49,232 nt of DNA. Origin: Candidatus Flemingiibacterium sp. (GTDB taxonomy: Bacteria > Bacillota > Clostridia > Oscillospirales > CAG-272). Shown piece after piece: positions 20,222 to 29,650 of this stretch (position 1 is the stretch's first letter; every line of letters begins with the position of its first letter). The stretch covers positions 1 to 49,232 of the forward strand of contig JAZQXA010000061.1 in NCBI GenBank assembly GCA_045632605.1. Direction: 5' to 3'. The translations under genes were made by a program, and so were the position numbers. A model generated the notes under the pieces. The model made no database searches. It was not told the origin of the DNA and worked only from the letters and a program-made list of their open reading frames with translations.

Positions 20222-21289
20222 ATGATAGACAACCTCATTCCAAAAAAGGTTAAAGACCTCGAAGAATATCGCCCGAACATGACTCCGTGCAGTGTCAGAC
20301 TCGACGCAAATGAAAGCCCGTTTCTGCCGTCAAAAACGGTACTTGACGAGCTTGCGAGTGCGGTATATACGCTTGATTTTATCCGTTATCCCGACCCATA
20401 TGCCACAAAGCTTGTTGAGGCATTTTCAAAAATCTACGGCGTTTGCCCCGATAATGTGGTTGCCGGAAACGGCTCGGACGAGCTTATCAGCCTTATTTGC
20501 AGCGGACTTACAGAGCCTGATGACACTGTTGCGGTTGCACTGCCCGACTTTTCGATGTATGAGTTTTACAGCACTCTGTCGGGAGCGTGTGCAATGCATT
20601 ACATTAAGAGCGAAAACTTTGAAATTGACTTTAATGAGCTTTTCGCAAAGACGAATGAAGTCAATGCTAAAATTGTTATTTTTTCAAACCCCTGTAATCC
20701 CACCGGATGGATATGTCCTCGAAACGAGCTTGAAGCTTTCATAAAAAAATCCGGTGCGATTGTCGTTGTTGACGAAGCATATATGGAGTTTTCCGCGACT
20801 GACGAGAGCGTTATTGATCTTATTCAAAAATATGACAATCTTATCGTTCTCAAAACCATGTCAAAGGCATACGGAGCGGCGGCTCTGCGACTCGGCTTTG
20901 CGATAACAAATCCGACTCTTGCAAGTGCGATAAAGAAGATTAAAAGTCCTTATAATGTAAACACAGTTTCGCAGGTTTTCGGTGAAATAATTCTTTCTCA
21001 TTACGATGAAATTAAGGGGAAAATCAAAGAAATAAACGAAAATCTCGCATATCTGCGTGCTGAACTCGAAGCAATAAAATCCGATAAAATCGTGAAAATT
21101 TGTCCGAGTGCGGCAAATTTCGTATATATGCAGATGTGCTGTGCCGACACTGCGAGAGGAGTATATCAGAAACTTCTTTCACAAGGCGTTGCAATACGCT
21201 GTATGTCAAACGGATACCTGCGTATCTGCGGCGGTACTCGCGAGGAAATTAACACATTCATTAAAAATTTCAAGGAGGCGATTTCGTGA
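20222..21289 (+). CDS. hisC: Histidinol-phosphate aminotransferase
   Basis: LDANESP, GNGSDE, NPCNPTG, DEAY, KTMSKAYG..ALRLG. Confidence 0.96.
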   Translation: MIDNLIPKKVKDLEEYRPNMTPCSVRLDANESPFLPSKTVLDELASAVYTLDFIRYPDPYATKLVEAFSKIYGVCPDNVVAGNGSDELISLICSGLTEPDDTVAVALPDFSMYEFYSTLSGACAMHYIKSENFEIDFNELFAKTNEVNAKIVIFSNPCNPTGWICPRNELEAFIKKSGAIVVVDEAYMEFSATDESVIDLIQKYDNLIVLKTMSKAYGAAALRLGFAITNPTLASAIKKIKSPYNVNTVSQVFGEIILSHYDEIKGKIKEINENLAYLRAELEAIKSDKIVKICPSAANFVYMQMCCADTARGVYQKLLSQGVAIRCMSNGYLRICGGTREEINTFIKNFKEAIS

Positions 21290-21876
21290 ACAGCGCAAAG
21301 GCATCTCTTGTAAGAAATACTCTCGAAACACAGATTTCAATGTCGGTTGACCTCGGTGCCGCTGACGGTTACGGACTCAAAGGTACAAGCGGTATCGGAT
21401 TTTTTGACCATATGCTCAACTCCCTTGCAATTCACAGCCGGGCTGTAATTGAGCTTAATATGAAGGGCGACCTGCATGTTGACTGCCACCACACAATTGA
21501 GGATGTCGGAATCGTTCTCGGAAAACTTCTCGGTGAAATTGCAAAGGAACGCGGTAAAATTATGCGTTACGGCACTTCATTCATTCCTATGGATGAAGCT
21601 CTTGCAAGATGCGTTATTGATATTTCCGGGCGTCCTTATCTTGTATGTGACTATCTGCCGACTGCCCCTATGATTGGCGATTACGACACACAAATGACTA
21701 CCGAATTTTTCCGTGCTGTTGCGTTTAACATGGGAGCAACTCTGCATATCGCACTTCTTTACGGCGATAACGACCACCACTGCGTTGAAGCGATGTTCAA
21801 GGCGTTTGCTCATGCACTTGCCGATGCAATTGCACCTCGTGACGGTGAACTTCTTTCGGCGAAAGGTACTCTTTAA
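21286..21876 (+). CDS. hisB: Imidazoleglycerol-phosphate dehydratase (monofunctional)
   Basis: FFDHML, DCHHTIED, PMDEAL, NDHHCVEA. Confidence 0.97.
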   Translation: MNSAKASLVRNTLETQISMSVDLGAADGYGLKGTSGIGFFDHMLNSLAIHSRAVIELNMKGDLHVDCHHTIEDVGIVLGKLLGEIAKERGKIMRYGTSFIPMDEALARCVIDISGRPYLVCDYLPTAPMIGDYDTQMTTEFFRAVAFNMGATLHIALLYGDNDHHCVEAMFKAFAHALADAIAPRDGELLSAKGTL

Positions 21877-21890
21877 AAACGGGGAAACAG

Positions 21891-22502
21891 ATGAAAAAAA
21901 TAGGAATTATTGATTACGGAATGGGCAATCTCCATTCCGTCAAAAATGCGCTCGATTTTATCGGCGCAGATTCGTTTGTATCGGATAATATTGAAGAGCT
22001 GTCAATGGCGGACGGACTGATTCTTCCCGGTGTCGGAGCATTTCCGGATGCTATGGATAGACTGATCGAAACCGGGCTTGACAGCTTCATCAAGGAATAT
22101 GTAAAGACAAAGCCGCTTATCGGAATTTGTCTTGGAATGCAGCTGCTTTTCGATAAGAGCTTCGAGTTTCGCGAATGCGAGGGTCTTGGACTTATCGGCG
22201 GTGAGGTCGTTAAGATTACCGATGAGGGATTAAAGGTTCCGCATATGGGTTGGAACGAGCTTGCCATTGTTAATTCTTCACCGATTACAGCTTCGCTGTC
22301 GGATGGCGACCATGTTTATTTTGTTCACTCGTATAAGGCACTTGTAAAGGACAGAGCCGACCTTGTTGCCGTCACTGATTACGGAAGCGAGGTTACTGCA
22401 ATAGTGGCTCGCGGTAATGTTTTTGGATGTCAGTTCCATCCAGAAAAGAGTGAGACAGTGGGACTTGGCATATTAAGAAACTTCTGGGGTATGATAAAAT
22501 GA
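21891..22502 (+). CDS. hisH: IGP synthase glutamine amidotransferase subunit
   Basis: IDYGMGNL, PGVGAF, GICLGMQ, PHMGWN, QFHPEKS. Confidence 0.97.
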   Translation: MKKIGIIDYGMGNLHSVKNALDFIGADSFVSDNIEELSMADGLILPGVGAFPDAMDRLIETGLDSFIKEYVKTKPLIGICLGMQLLFDKSFEFRECEGLGLIGGEVVKITDEGLKVPHMGWNELAIVNSSPITASLSDGDHVYFVHSYKALVKDRADLVAVTDYGSEVTAIVARGNVFGCQFHPEKSETVGLGILRNFWGMIK

Positions 22503-23215
22503 TAATTTTACCTGCAATAGATATACTCGGCGGCAAGTGTGTCCGTCTGACAAAGGGAGAATACGGAACAGCTGAACAGGTTTCCGCTGACCCTATCGAA
22601 ACAGTGCTTTCATTTGAGCGTGACGGTGCAGAGTTTATCCACATGGTTGACCTCGACGGAGCGAAAGAGGGAAGCCGTATCAATTCCGAAATCTACACCA
22701 AAGCGGCAAAGGCTGTTTCTGTTCCGATTGAAGTCGGCGGCGGTATCCGCGATATAGATACAGTAGACTACTACATGGAAAAGGGTATTGAGCGAGTAAT
22801 AATCGGCTCGGCGGCTCTCAAAAATCCCGGACTCGTAAAGGATGCCGTTAAAAAATACGGCGAGCATATTGCGGTCGGGATTGATGCGCTTGACGGAATG
22901 GTTAAGACCGCAGGCTGGCTCGAAGAATCTAACGTCAATTACATCGACCTTGCACTCGAAATGCAGAAAATCGGTGTGAAGTACATTATTTTCACCGACA
23001 TAAGCAAGGACGGCACTCTGACCGGTCCTAATCTCGAACAGCTTGCCGCACTTTCCGAGGCTGTTGACATCAATATTATTGCAAGCGGCGGCATTCGCGA
23101 TATTGGAAACATTCGTGACCTTACTGCAATGAATCTGTACGGTGCTATCTGCGGAAAGTCGATATATTCCGGCTCGCTTTCGCTTAAGGAAGCGATTGAA
23201 GTTTCAAAAGGTTGA
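22499..23215 (+). CDS. hisA: ProFAR isomerase
   Basis: PAIDI..GKCVRL, HMVDLDGA, GGGIR, TDISKDGTL. Confidence 0.97.
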   Translation: MIILPAIDILGGKCVRLTKGEYGTAEQVSADPIETVLSFERDGAEFIHMVDLDGAKEGSRINSEIYTKAAKAVSVPIEVGGGIRDIDTVDYYMEKGIERVIIGSAALKNPGLVKDAVKKYGEHIAVGIDALDGMVKTAGWLEESNVNYIDLALEMQKIGVKYIIFTDISKDGTLTGPNLEQLAALSEAVDINIIASGGIRDIGNIRDLTAMNLYGAICGKSIYSGSLSLKEAIEVSKG

Positions 23216-23223
23216 GGTAAAAT

Positions 23224-23985
23224 ATGATTTCAAAAAGAATTATTCCGTGCCTTGATGTAAAGGACGGACGTGTTGTAAAGGGCGTTAACTTTGTCGGACT
23301 GCGCGATGCAGGTGACCCTGTTGAGAGCGCGAAATTTTATAATTCACAAGGCGCAGATGAGCTTGTTTTTCTCGATATTACTGCGTCAAGCGATAAGCGT
23401 AAAACTATTGTTGATGTCGTTGAGCGTACGGCGAGAGAGGTATTTATGCCGTTCACTGTCGGCGGCGGTATTCGTACTGTTGAGGACTTCCGTGAGATGC
23501 TTCTTGCCGGTGCTGACAAGGTTGCTGTAAACTCTTCGGCGGTGCTTAACAAGCGGATTATTGCCGATGCCGCAGACAAATTCGGAAGCCAGTGTGTTGT
23601 ACTTGCGATTGACGCAAAGCGCTGCGAGGACGGTCATTTTACCGTATACATAAACGGCGGACGCAAGGACATGGGGATAGATGCAATTGAATGGGCAGTC
23701 GAAGCCGAAAAACTCGGTGCAGGCGAGATTCTTCTCACATCGATGGACACCGATGGCACGAAAAACGGATTCGATATCGAACTTACAAAGGCTGTTACAG
23801 AACGCGTAAATATACCGGTCATCGCATCCGGCGGCGGCGGAAAGGTCGAGCATTTTTCTGATATATTTGAAAAATCAGGTGCTGATGCGGCACTTGCGGC
23901 AAGTCTGTTCCACTTCCGTGAGCTTTCTGTGCGAGAGGTTAAGGAACACCTTAAATCGAGAAATATTCCTGTGAGGTTAGCATGA
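23224..23985 (+). CDS. hisF: IGP synthase cyclase subunit
   Basis: [38 protein letters not shown]. Confidence 0.98.
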   Translation: MISKRIIPCLDVKDGRVVKGVNFVGLRDAGDPVESAKFYNSQGADELVFLDITASSDKRKTIVDVVERTAREVFMPFTVGGGIRTVEDFREMLLAGADKVAVNSSAVLNKRIIADAADKFGSQCVVLAIDAKRCEDGHFTVYINGGRKDMGIDAIEWAVEAEKLGAGEILLTSMDTDGTKNGFDIELTKAVTERVNIPVIASGGGGKVEHFSDIFEKSGADAALAASLFHFRELSVREVKEHLKSRNIPVRLA

Positions 23986-24326
23986 TAGATAAAAATGTTG
24001 ATTTGGAAGTGTTTTTTAAAAAGTCCGAGCTTATTCCGGCTATTGTTCAAGACTATGAAAATGGCGACGTGCTTATGCTCGCCTACATGAATCGAGAATC
24101 ACTCGAGCTTACGCTAAAAACCGGACTGACTTGGTTCTGGAGCCGTTCGCGAAACGAGCTTTGGAATAAAGGCGCAACATCGGGACACGTTCAGCGTGTG
24201 ATGTCGCTTTCGTATGACTGCGACGAGGATACACTGCTTTGCAAAGTAATACAGACCGGTGCGGCTTGTCACACGGGAAACAGAACTTGTTTTTACAGAG
24301 AATTAATGAATTCGGAGGAAAAATAA
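23982..24326 (+). CDS. hisI: Phosphoribosyl-AMP cyclohydrolase
   Basis: [36 protein letters not shown]. Confidence 0.96.
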   Translation: MIDKNVDLEVFFKKSELIPAIVQDYENGDVLMLAYMNRESLELTLKTGLTWFWSRSRNELWNKGATSGHVQRVMSLSYDCDEDTLLCKVIQTGAACHTGNRTCFYRELMNSEEK

Positions 24327-24327
24327 A

Positions 24328-24657
24328 ATGAACGACAATGTACTTAACGAATTATATGCGGTTGTTGCTGACCGCAAGGTAAATCCCGAGGAAGGTTCTT
24401 ACACCTGCTATCTGTTTGAAAAGGGACTTGACAAAATTTTAAAGAAAGTCGGCGAAGAATGTGCCGAAACGATTATTGCTGCTAAAAACGGTGATAATGA
24501 AGAACTCAAAAATGAGATAAGCGATCTTCTTTACCATCTCGTTGTTATGATGAACGAGCGTGGACTGGAGCTTTCCGACGTACTCGGTGAGCTCGATGCA
24601 AGATCGAAGAAGATAGGCAACCTCAAAACCATGAAGGTTGTAGACAGAAACACCTGA
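24328..24657 (+). CDS. hisE: Phosphoribosyl-ATP diphosphatase
   Basis: SYT.YLF.KG, KKVGEE, E.SDLLYHL. Confidence 0.96.
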   Translation: MNDNVLNELYAVVADRKVNPEEGSYTCYLFEKGLDKILKKVGEECAETIIAAKNGDNEELKNEISDLLYHLVVMMNERGLELSDVLGELDARSKKIGNLKTMKVVDRNT

Positions 24658-24686
24658 GTTAAACGGAAAAGAAAAGAGCTTATATT

Positions 24687-25565
24687 ATGAAAAAGCAATA
24701 CATACTTGCCGGAACCTGTATTTTTCTGTGGTCAACGCTTTCAACTATTTCAAAAATACTGCTTGGCTCATATTCAAGTTTTCAGGTTCTTTCGGCAACG
24801 ATGTTTTTCGCCTTTATCGCATTACTCGCGGTAAATATATTCACCGGAAACATAAAAAATCTCAAAAGCTATAAGCCTAAGGATTATCTTATTTTAGCAC
24901 TTATCGGACTTCCCGGAATGTTCCTTTATTATGTTTTCTTTTATAGTGGAACTTCAATGATGCATGCTTCGCAGGCGTTTATCGTCAACTATCTTTGGCC
25001 GATTATGAGTGTGGTTTTTGCTTGCATACTGCTTGGAGAGAAAATGACCGCGCGCAAAATTATAGCTGTTTTTGTTTCGTTTATCGGTGTCATAATCTCG
25101 CTTGCCGGAGAGCTTCTGCATTTTGAAAAAACAACGCTTATCGGCGCGGTTTTCTGTGCGCTCGGAGCTGTTTCGTACGGTGCGTTTACCGCACTCAATC
25201 AGAAATTTAAATATGATAAACGACTTTCGATGATGATATTCTGCTTTGTTTCATTTGTCCTGACTGTTTTTATCAATATAGCCATGGATGAGTTGTCTGT
25301 TCCGACTCCACTCGAAACGCTTGGATTTGCCTGGGCCGGTATATTTGTTACCGGTGCTGCGAGCACGCTTTGGCAGATTGCTCTCGAAGGAGGAAATACT
25401 GCAAAAGTTTCAAATCTCGCATATATAACTCCGTTTTTGTCGACTCTTTTGAGCGCGATATTTCTTCCCGACGAAAAGATTACGCTTTATTCGATTGTCG
25501 GACTTATTATCATGATACTTGGAATTTTCATTCAGCTAAATGACAAAAGGAAAGAACTCAAATAA
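24687..25565 (+). CDS. DMT/EamA family transporter
   Basis: About 10 TM in two repeats; NYLWP, ILLGEK, AYITP; 29 bp after hisE. Confidence 0.88.
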   Translation: MKKQYILAGTCIFLWSTLSTISKILLGSYSSFQVLSATMFFAFIALLAVNIFTGNIKNLKSYKPKDYLILALIGLPGMFLYYVFFYSGTSMMHASQAFIVNYLWPIMSVVFACILLGEKMTARKIIAVFVSFIGVIISLAGELLHFEKTTLIGAVFCALGAVSYGAFTALNQKFKYDKRLSMMIFCFVSFVLTVFINIAMDELSVPTPLETLGFAWAGIFVTGAASTLWQIALEGGNTAKVSNLAYITPFLSTLLSAIFLPDEKITLYSIVGLIIMILGIFIQLNDKRKELK

Positions 25566-25569
25566 AACT

Positions 25570-25600
25570 AAAGTGCAGTCCAAACGGACCGCACTTTTTT
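25570..25600. terminator. Terminator between his-EamA and the convergent GH3 gene
   Basis: AAAGTGCAGTCC/GGACCGCACTTT plus T run. Confidence 0.75.
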
Positions 25601-25605
25601 GTGTA

Positions 25606-27222
25606 TTATTTGAGTTTAATATCGTATGTAAGCACTCCATTTGCTTCATTTAGTCCGGCGAGTACATCTATTCCGGCACTAACGCTGTCTGTGGAAACGC
25701 CTCCGATTATGACTCTCGGAATATGGGGGAGCTCCTCAAGGGGATAGGGATTTCCAAAGTGAACAAGAGTTTTAAGTCTGCCCGGAATTTGAAGTGCTGT
25801 CATCAAAGCTACAACACGGTGTGTAAGATGGTCACTTCCGGCGTACGCAGGAGCCTCGGCAAACGTGATGAATACCACATCATCATAGTCCACTGAATCC
25901 TGAAGCACGTCCATATTATTGTTCGGAGTCGGGAATTGGCGAAGAGCACGTACAGTAGAATTGGGGAAGAGCTTGAGTATTCGCTCCTGTATAAGCTCGG
26001 GCTTATACCAGCTGACCGTGAAGGTGTCAACGGAAACTTTACCGTTGTCGGCAATATCGGTTTCGTTTTGAACTAGCATTACAAAGAAGTGTCTGCCGTC
26101 ACGCGAAAGCGCTTGTTCAAGTCCGTCGTCAGTACGGGCAAATATGGCTTCGCGGTTGATGCGCTCGAAGTTTTTGAGATCTTCTTCAGTGATTTCGGTG
26201 AACTTGGGTTCAATGCTATTGACCTTATGCTGAGCTGCAAGAACTCTCCTTACAGCTTCATCAAGGCGTGCATCGGATATTATGCCGTTATTATAGCAGT
26301 CCTGAAGATCGTTATATGCCTTTCTCGCAGAGAACCACGGAAGAATAAATTCGTTGCCCGCTTCAACGCACATACCTTTTACCTTAGTATCTCCAAACTG
26401 AGCCTTTAGTCCCATCATATCGAGAGCGTCGGTGATGAAAAATCCGTCGAAGCCTTGCTCACGGATAATGTCATGAACCTTTTTAGAAACAGTTGTCGGC
26501 ATACCGGGATCGATGTTTGCCATAGTCGTATGACCTGCCATAATACCGTCCATCAGGCCTTCCTTCATAAGAGCCAGGTACGGAACAAGGCTGTAGTTTA
26601 ACAGCTCCTCTTTTGTATCCATATAATTGGACGGAGCCATGTGATTGTCAATATGTATATCCGGATTCTGTGCGCTCGGATAGTGTTTTGCAACGGTGAG
26701 TACGCCGCCGTCCTTAAGACCGCGTGCTATTGCAATCGCAAGCTTTGAAACCTTTTCCTTGTCGTTTCCAAGTGAGCGTATATTTGCACCACAAGTACCC
26801 CAGCCGTTGCACATATCAACAACAGGGTCGCAGACTACATTGTAACCAGCATTTCTTGCTCCGATTGCGGTTACTTTACCAAAGATATATGCAAGCTCCT
26901 CGCTTCCGGTCATACCGATAGCGTTATGGTCACCAACACGGTTAGGAGCAAATCCACCCTCCGCATCGGTGAAGATGAGTATCGGATAATCAGCTGCTTC
27001 TTTAACTTTTTTGATTGCCTCTGCTGAGCGTTCACACTGCGGTGGAACCCAAACAGCGCCGAGAGAACGCTTGCGGATAAGGTCAAGTACAAATTCGAGA
27101 TTCTGGTCAAATGTTTCGTATTTATCTTCGCATCTTATCGGACGGATGATACCTGCCATTACCATGCCGAGCTTTTGCGATAATGACAATTCCTCAAATT
27201 TTAGTTCTTTTAACTCTTTCAT
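25606..27222 (-). CDS. GH3 glycoside hydrolase, NagZ/beta-N-acetylhexosaminidase-like
   Basis: DAEGG, PVVD, RSLG, KHYP...DNH, IMAGH, ITDALDM; no signal peptide. Confidence 0.85.
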   Translation of the reverse strand: MKELKELKFEELSLSQKLGMVMAGIIRPIRCEDKYETFDQNLEFVLDLIRKRSLGAVWVPPQCERSAEAIKKVKEAADYPILIFTDAEGGFAPNRVGDHNAIGMTGSEELAYIFGKVTAIGARNAGYNVVCDPVVDMCNGWGTCGANIRSLGNDKEKVSKLAIAIARGLKDGGVLTVAKHYPSAQNPDIHIDNHMAPSNYMDTKEELLNYSLVPYLALMKEGLMDGIMAGHTTMANIDPGMPTTVSKKVHDIIREQGFDGFFITDALDMMGLKAQFGDTKVKGMCVEAGNEFILPWFSARKAYNDLQDCYNNGIISDARLDEAVRRVLAAQHKVNSIEPKFTEITEEDLKNFERINREAIFARTDDGLEQALSRDGRHFFVMLVQNETDIADNGKVSVDTFTVSWYKPELIQERILKLFPNSTVRALRQFPTPNNNMDVLQDSVDYDDVVFITFAEAPAYAGSDHLTHRVVALMTALQIPGRLKTLVHFGNPYPLEELPHIPRVIIGGVSTDSVSAGIDVLAGLNEANGVLTYDIKLK

Positions 27223-27350
27223 TACTTATGCCTCCGAAATTGCAAAATTTAGTGCAAAGTTGAATATTTTGACAACTCAATTGTAACATAATAAAATATA
27301 AAAGTCAATATAAAAAAGCAACCACATTAATGAAAAAATACCAAAATATA

Positions 27351-27752
27351 TCACTCATAAGCGTGCGGCGGAAAATCTTCAAAATGTCTTGCGGCACGGT
27401 CGCGTATACGCCTTAAAGTTGACAAGCTGACATTCATTTTTTCTGCTGTGTCGGTCATTGACATACCGAGAACGAAATACAGCCGCATGAATAATTTACA
27501 AGGTAATAGATTAGGTGTTTCAGGGATGGATTCGATAGTTGATTCAATATCGTGCAGACGTTTTTTCAGTTCGACGATTTCCCCTTCAAGTGCTTTTTGC
27601 CAGTCAGATTCGAGTGTATCGCGGCTGATAAGACCGGAATTTATATCAGCGAGAATTTTTCTTCGTTCCGCCTTTTTGGTATTCAGCGCACGAAGATACC
27701 AGTTATAACGGGAAAAGTACAGCAGTGAATTTGGGATGTTATAAAGACGCAT
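27351..27752 (-). CDS. Small regulator with C-terminal sigma-4-like HTH (RinA/ArpU/DUF1492-like)
   Basis: Coiled coil then MRLYFVLGMSMTDTAEKMNVSLSTLRRIRDRA; SD GGAGG and own TTGACC-17-TATAAT promoter. Confidence 0.6.
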   Translation of the reverse strand: MRLYNIPNSLLYFSRYNWYLRALNTKKAERRKILADINSGLISRDTLESDWQKALEGEIVELKKRLHDIESTIESIPETPNLLPCKLFMRLYFVLGMSMTDTAEKMNVSLSTLRRIRDRAARHFEDFPPHAYE

Positions 27753-27907
27753 GATTTTACCTCCAAAAATTTATTTTACGTGGCTATTATATCACCCGTA
27801 AAACTGCAGGTCAATATGCAAACGGATTTTAATTGTACACATTTTCTGAAATCTTTACAGAAAATGCTATACACTAAATTTTATATGTAATATAATGTAA
27901 ATACAGC

Positions 27908-27936
27908 AAAAAACCGCACGCGAACGTACGGTTTTT
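27908..27936 (-). terminator. Terminator after sigF
   Basis: AAAAACCG...CGGTTTTT hairpin with flanking A/T runs. Confidence 0.65.
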
Positions 27937-27942
27937 GTAATT

Positions 27943-28677
27943 TTAAAGAACGCTTCTAAGCTTAGCAAAAATCTTTTTTTCTTCACGTGAAACTTTTACC
28001 TGAGTGAGTCCGAGAACTTCCGCTGTTTGCTGCTGTGACATATCGCGAAAATAACGCAGTACCACAATTTCTCTCTGCGGTGGCGGAAGTGAGCGTATCG
28101 CTTCGCGCAGTGCCAGCTTGTCACATAGTCCGTCGAGCTCATCTGTGTCGGACGACAAAAGCTCTCCGAGCTGTGTTCCGTCGTCTGTAACTGTGTCGGA
28201 AAATGAATGAGGCGGTTTCATGCAGAGAAGCGCCTGACATAGTTCTTCGCGTGAAATTTTGCATATTTCTGACAGCTCATCAACTGACGGCTCACGTCCC
28301 TCTTTTCGAATGAATTCTTCTCTGGCATACATCAGCTCCGCGCCAAGTCGTTTGGTTGTACGGCTGACTTTAACCGGACCGTCATCACGCAGAAAACGCT
28401 TGATTTCTCCGATTATCAGGGGTACGGCATATGTCGAAAAAACTGTACCGAATGAGGGGTCATAGCTTTTCATAGCCTTTATCATTCCGATTGAACCGAG
28501 CTGAATTAAGTCCTCAAAGTCACATCCGTGATTTTCGCTTGCCCGGTCACGGAATCTCATTGCAATACTGCGAATAAGCCCCATATTTGCTTCAATAAGC
28601 TCGGCTTCGGCATCACTGTCACCATTACGTACCCGAAGCAGTAATTCAGTATTTTTTGTATAGTCGGCGTTTGCCAT
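27943..28677 (-). CDS. sigF: Forespore sigma factor F
   Basis: EDLIQLGSIG, FSTYAVPLIIGEIKRFLRDDGPVKVSR, TQVKVSR; third gene after spoIIAA/AB. Confidence 0.92.
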   Translation of the reverse strand: MANADYTKNTELLLRVRNGDSDAEAELIEANMGLIRSIAMRFRDRASENHGCDFEDLIQLGSIGMIKAMKSYDPSFGTVFSTYAVPLIIGEIKRFLRDDGPVKVSRTTKRLGAELMYAREEFIRKEGREPSVDELSEICKISREELCQALLCMKPPHSFSDTVTDDGTQLGELLSSDTDELDGLCDKLALREAIRSLPPPQREIVVLRYFRDMSQQQTAEVLGLTQVKVSREEKKIFAKLRSVL

Positions 28678-28701
28678 TTTTCGGCTTCCTTTCAGGGGAT
28701 T

Positions 28702-29148
28702 TTATGTATCTGTTTTATCTGTGCCGACTTTGATCTTCATTAAAACCGTTGTACCTTTTCCAGGTACGGATTTTATTTTCAGTGAGTCCATCATGTTTTC
28801 CATAATCGAAAAGCCCATGCCGCTTCGCTCACCGGTTGTATCAGTGGTAAAAAGCGGTTCGCGTGCTGCCGCAATGTCGGGAATACCGATGCCTTTATCC
28901 TTTATAATTATGCTGATTTCGCTGTTATCGTATCTGCGAAGAATCATTTCAATTGTGCCACCGGCTTCACGGTAAGCGTGTACGATACAGTTTGTAACCG
29001 CTTCGCTGACGGCGCATTTTATGTCAGCAAGCTGTGTTATCGTTGGGGATGACTGCGAGGCGAATGTTACGGCAAGACTGCGCGCAAAGCTTTCGTTTTC
29101 GCTTATGGCAGAGAATTTGCATTTGACTTCATTCAATGTCTTTTTCAT
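28702..29148 (-). CDS. spoIIAB: Anti-sigma F factor / Ser kinase
   Basis: ENESFAR, AVSEAVTN.IVHAY, DKGIGI, EPLFTT, ERSGMGF. Confidence 0.96.
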   Translation of the reverse strand: MKKTLNEVKCKFSAISENESFARSLAVTFASQSSPTITQLADIKCAVSEAVTNCIVHAYREAGGTIEMILRRYDNSEISIIIKDKGIGIPDIAAAREPLFTTDTTGERSGMGFSIMENMMDSLKIKSVPGKGTTVLMKIKVGTDKTDT

Positions 29149-29483
29149 TTTGAATTTCCTTTCACCGGTGTTTTTTCGATTTTTATAAGACGTGATGTTC
29201 CGGCAAGCTCAAGTACCTTTGATACGCTTTCATTCGGATCGGTCAGAATGAGCTCGCCGCCGAGTTCACGTGCAAGAGTGAAGCGTCCTAAAATAAGTCC
29301 AAGTCCTGAGGAATCCATAAACGAAACCGCCGAAAGATCAAGCGCCGCTTTCTTCGGACGGTAATAATATAAAAGCTCATCAATCTTTTTTCGTAAATCT
29401 CTTGCGCTGTGGTGGTCGATTTCGCCTTCAAGCGTTATTGTTAATTTTGAGCCGCTAAGCTCACCTTTTACACTGCATTCCAT
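29145..29483 (-). CDS. spoIIAA: Anti-sigma F antagonist (STAS)
   Basis: GEIDHHSA, FMDSSGLGLILGR. Confidence 0.96.
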   Translation of the reverse strand: MECSVKGELSGSKLTITLEGEIDHHSARDLRKKIDELLYYYRPKKAALDLSAVSFMDSSGLGLILGRFTLARELGGELILTDPNESVSKVLELAGTSRLIKIEKTPVKGNSK

Positions 29484-29568
29484 GCTGTAATCTCCTTCTC
29501 AGAATTAATTTACAATACCATTTTACACCATAGCATATGATAAAAATGTCGCTTTTTGTTTGAAGAAT

Positions 29569-29643
29569 AAAAAAATACCGCCGTTTTTCGGCGGTAACGA
29601 GAATAGAAAAAAATAAGACTCCGTATGCTTTGATACGGAGTCT
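29569..29643 (-). terminator. Tandem double terminator between the SpoIID/LytB gene and spoIIA
   Basis: Minus strand: AGACTCCGTAT/ATACGGAGTCT+T run, then TACCGCCG/CGGCGGTA+T7. Confidence 0.75.
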
Positions 29644-29650
29644 ACGGTTC

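Noticed and set aside
29484-29568. sigma-H promoter or Spo0A boxes for spoIIA
   Set aside because: No convincing AGGA...GAAT match; only a two-mismatch 0A-like site (TGTCGCT)
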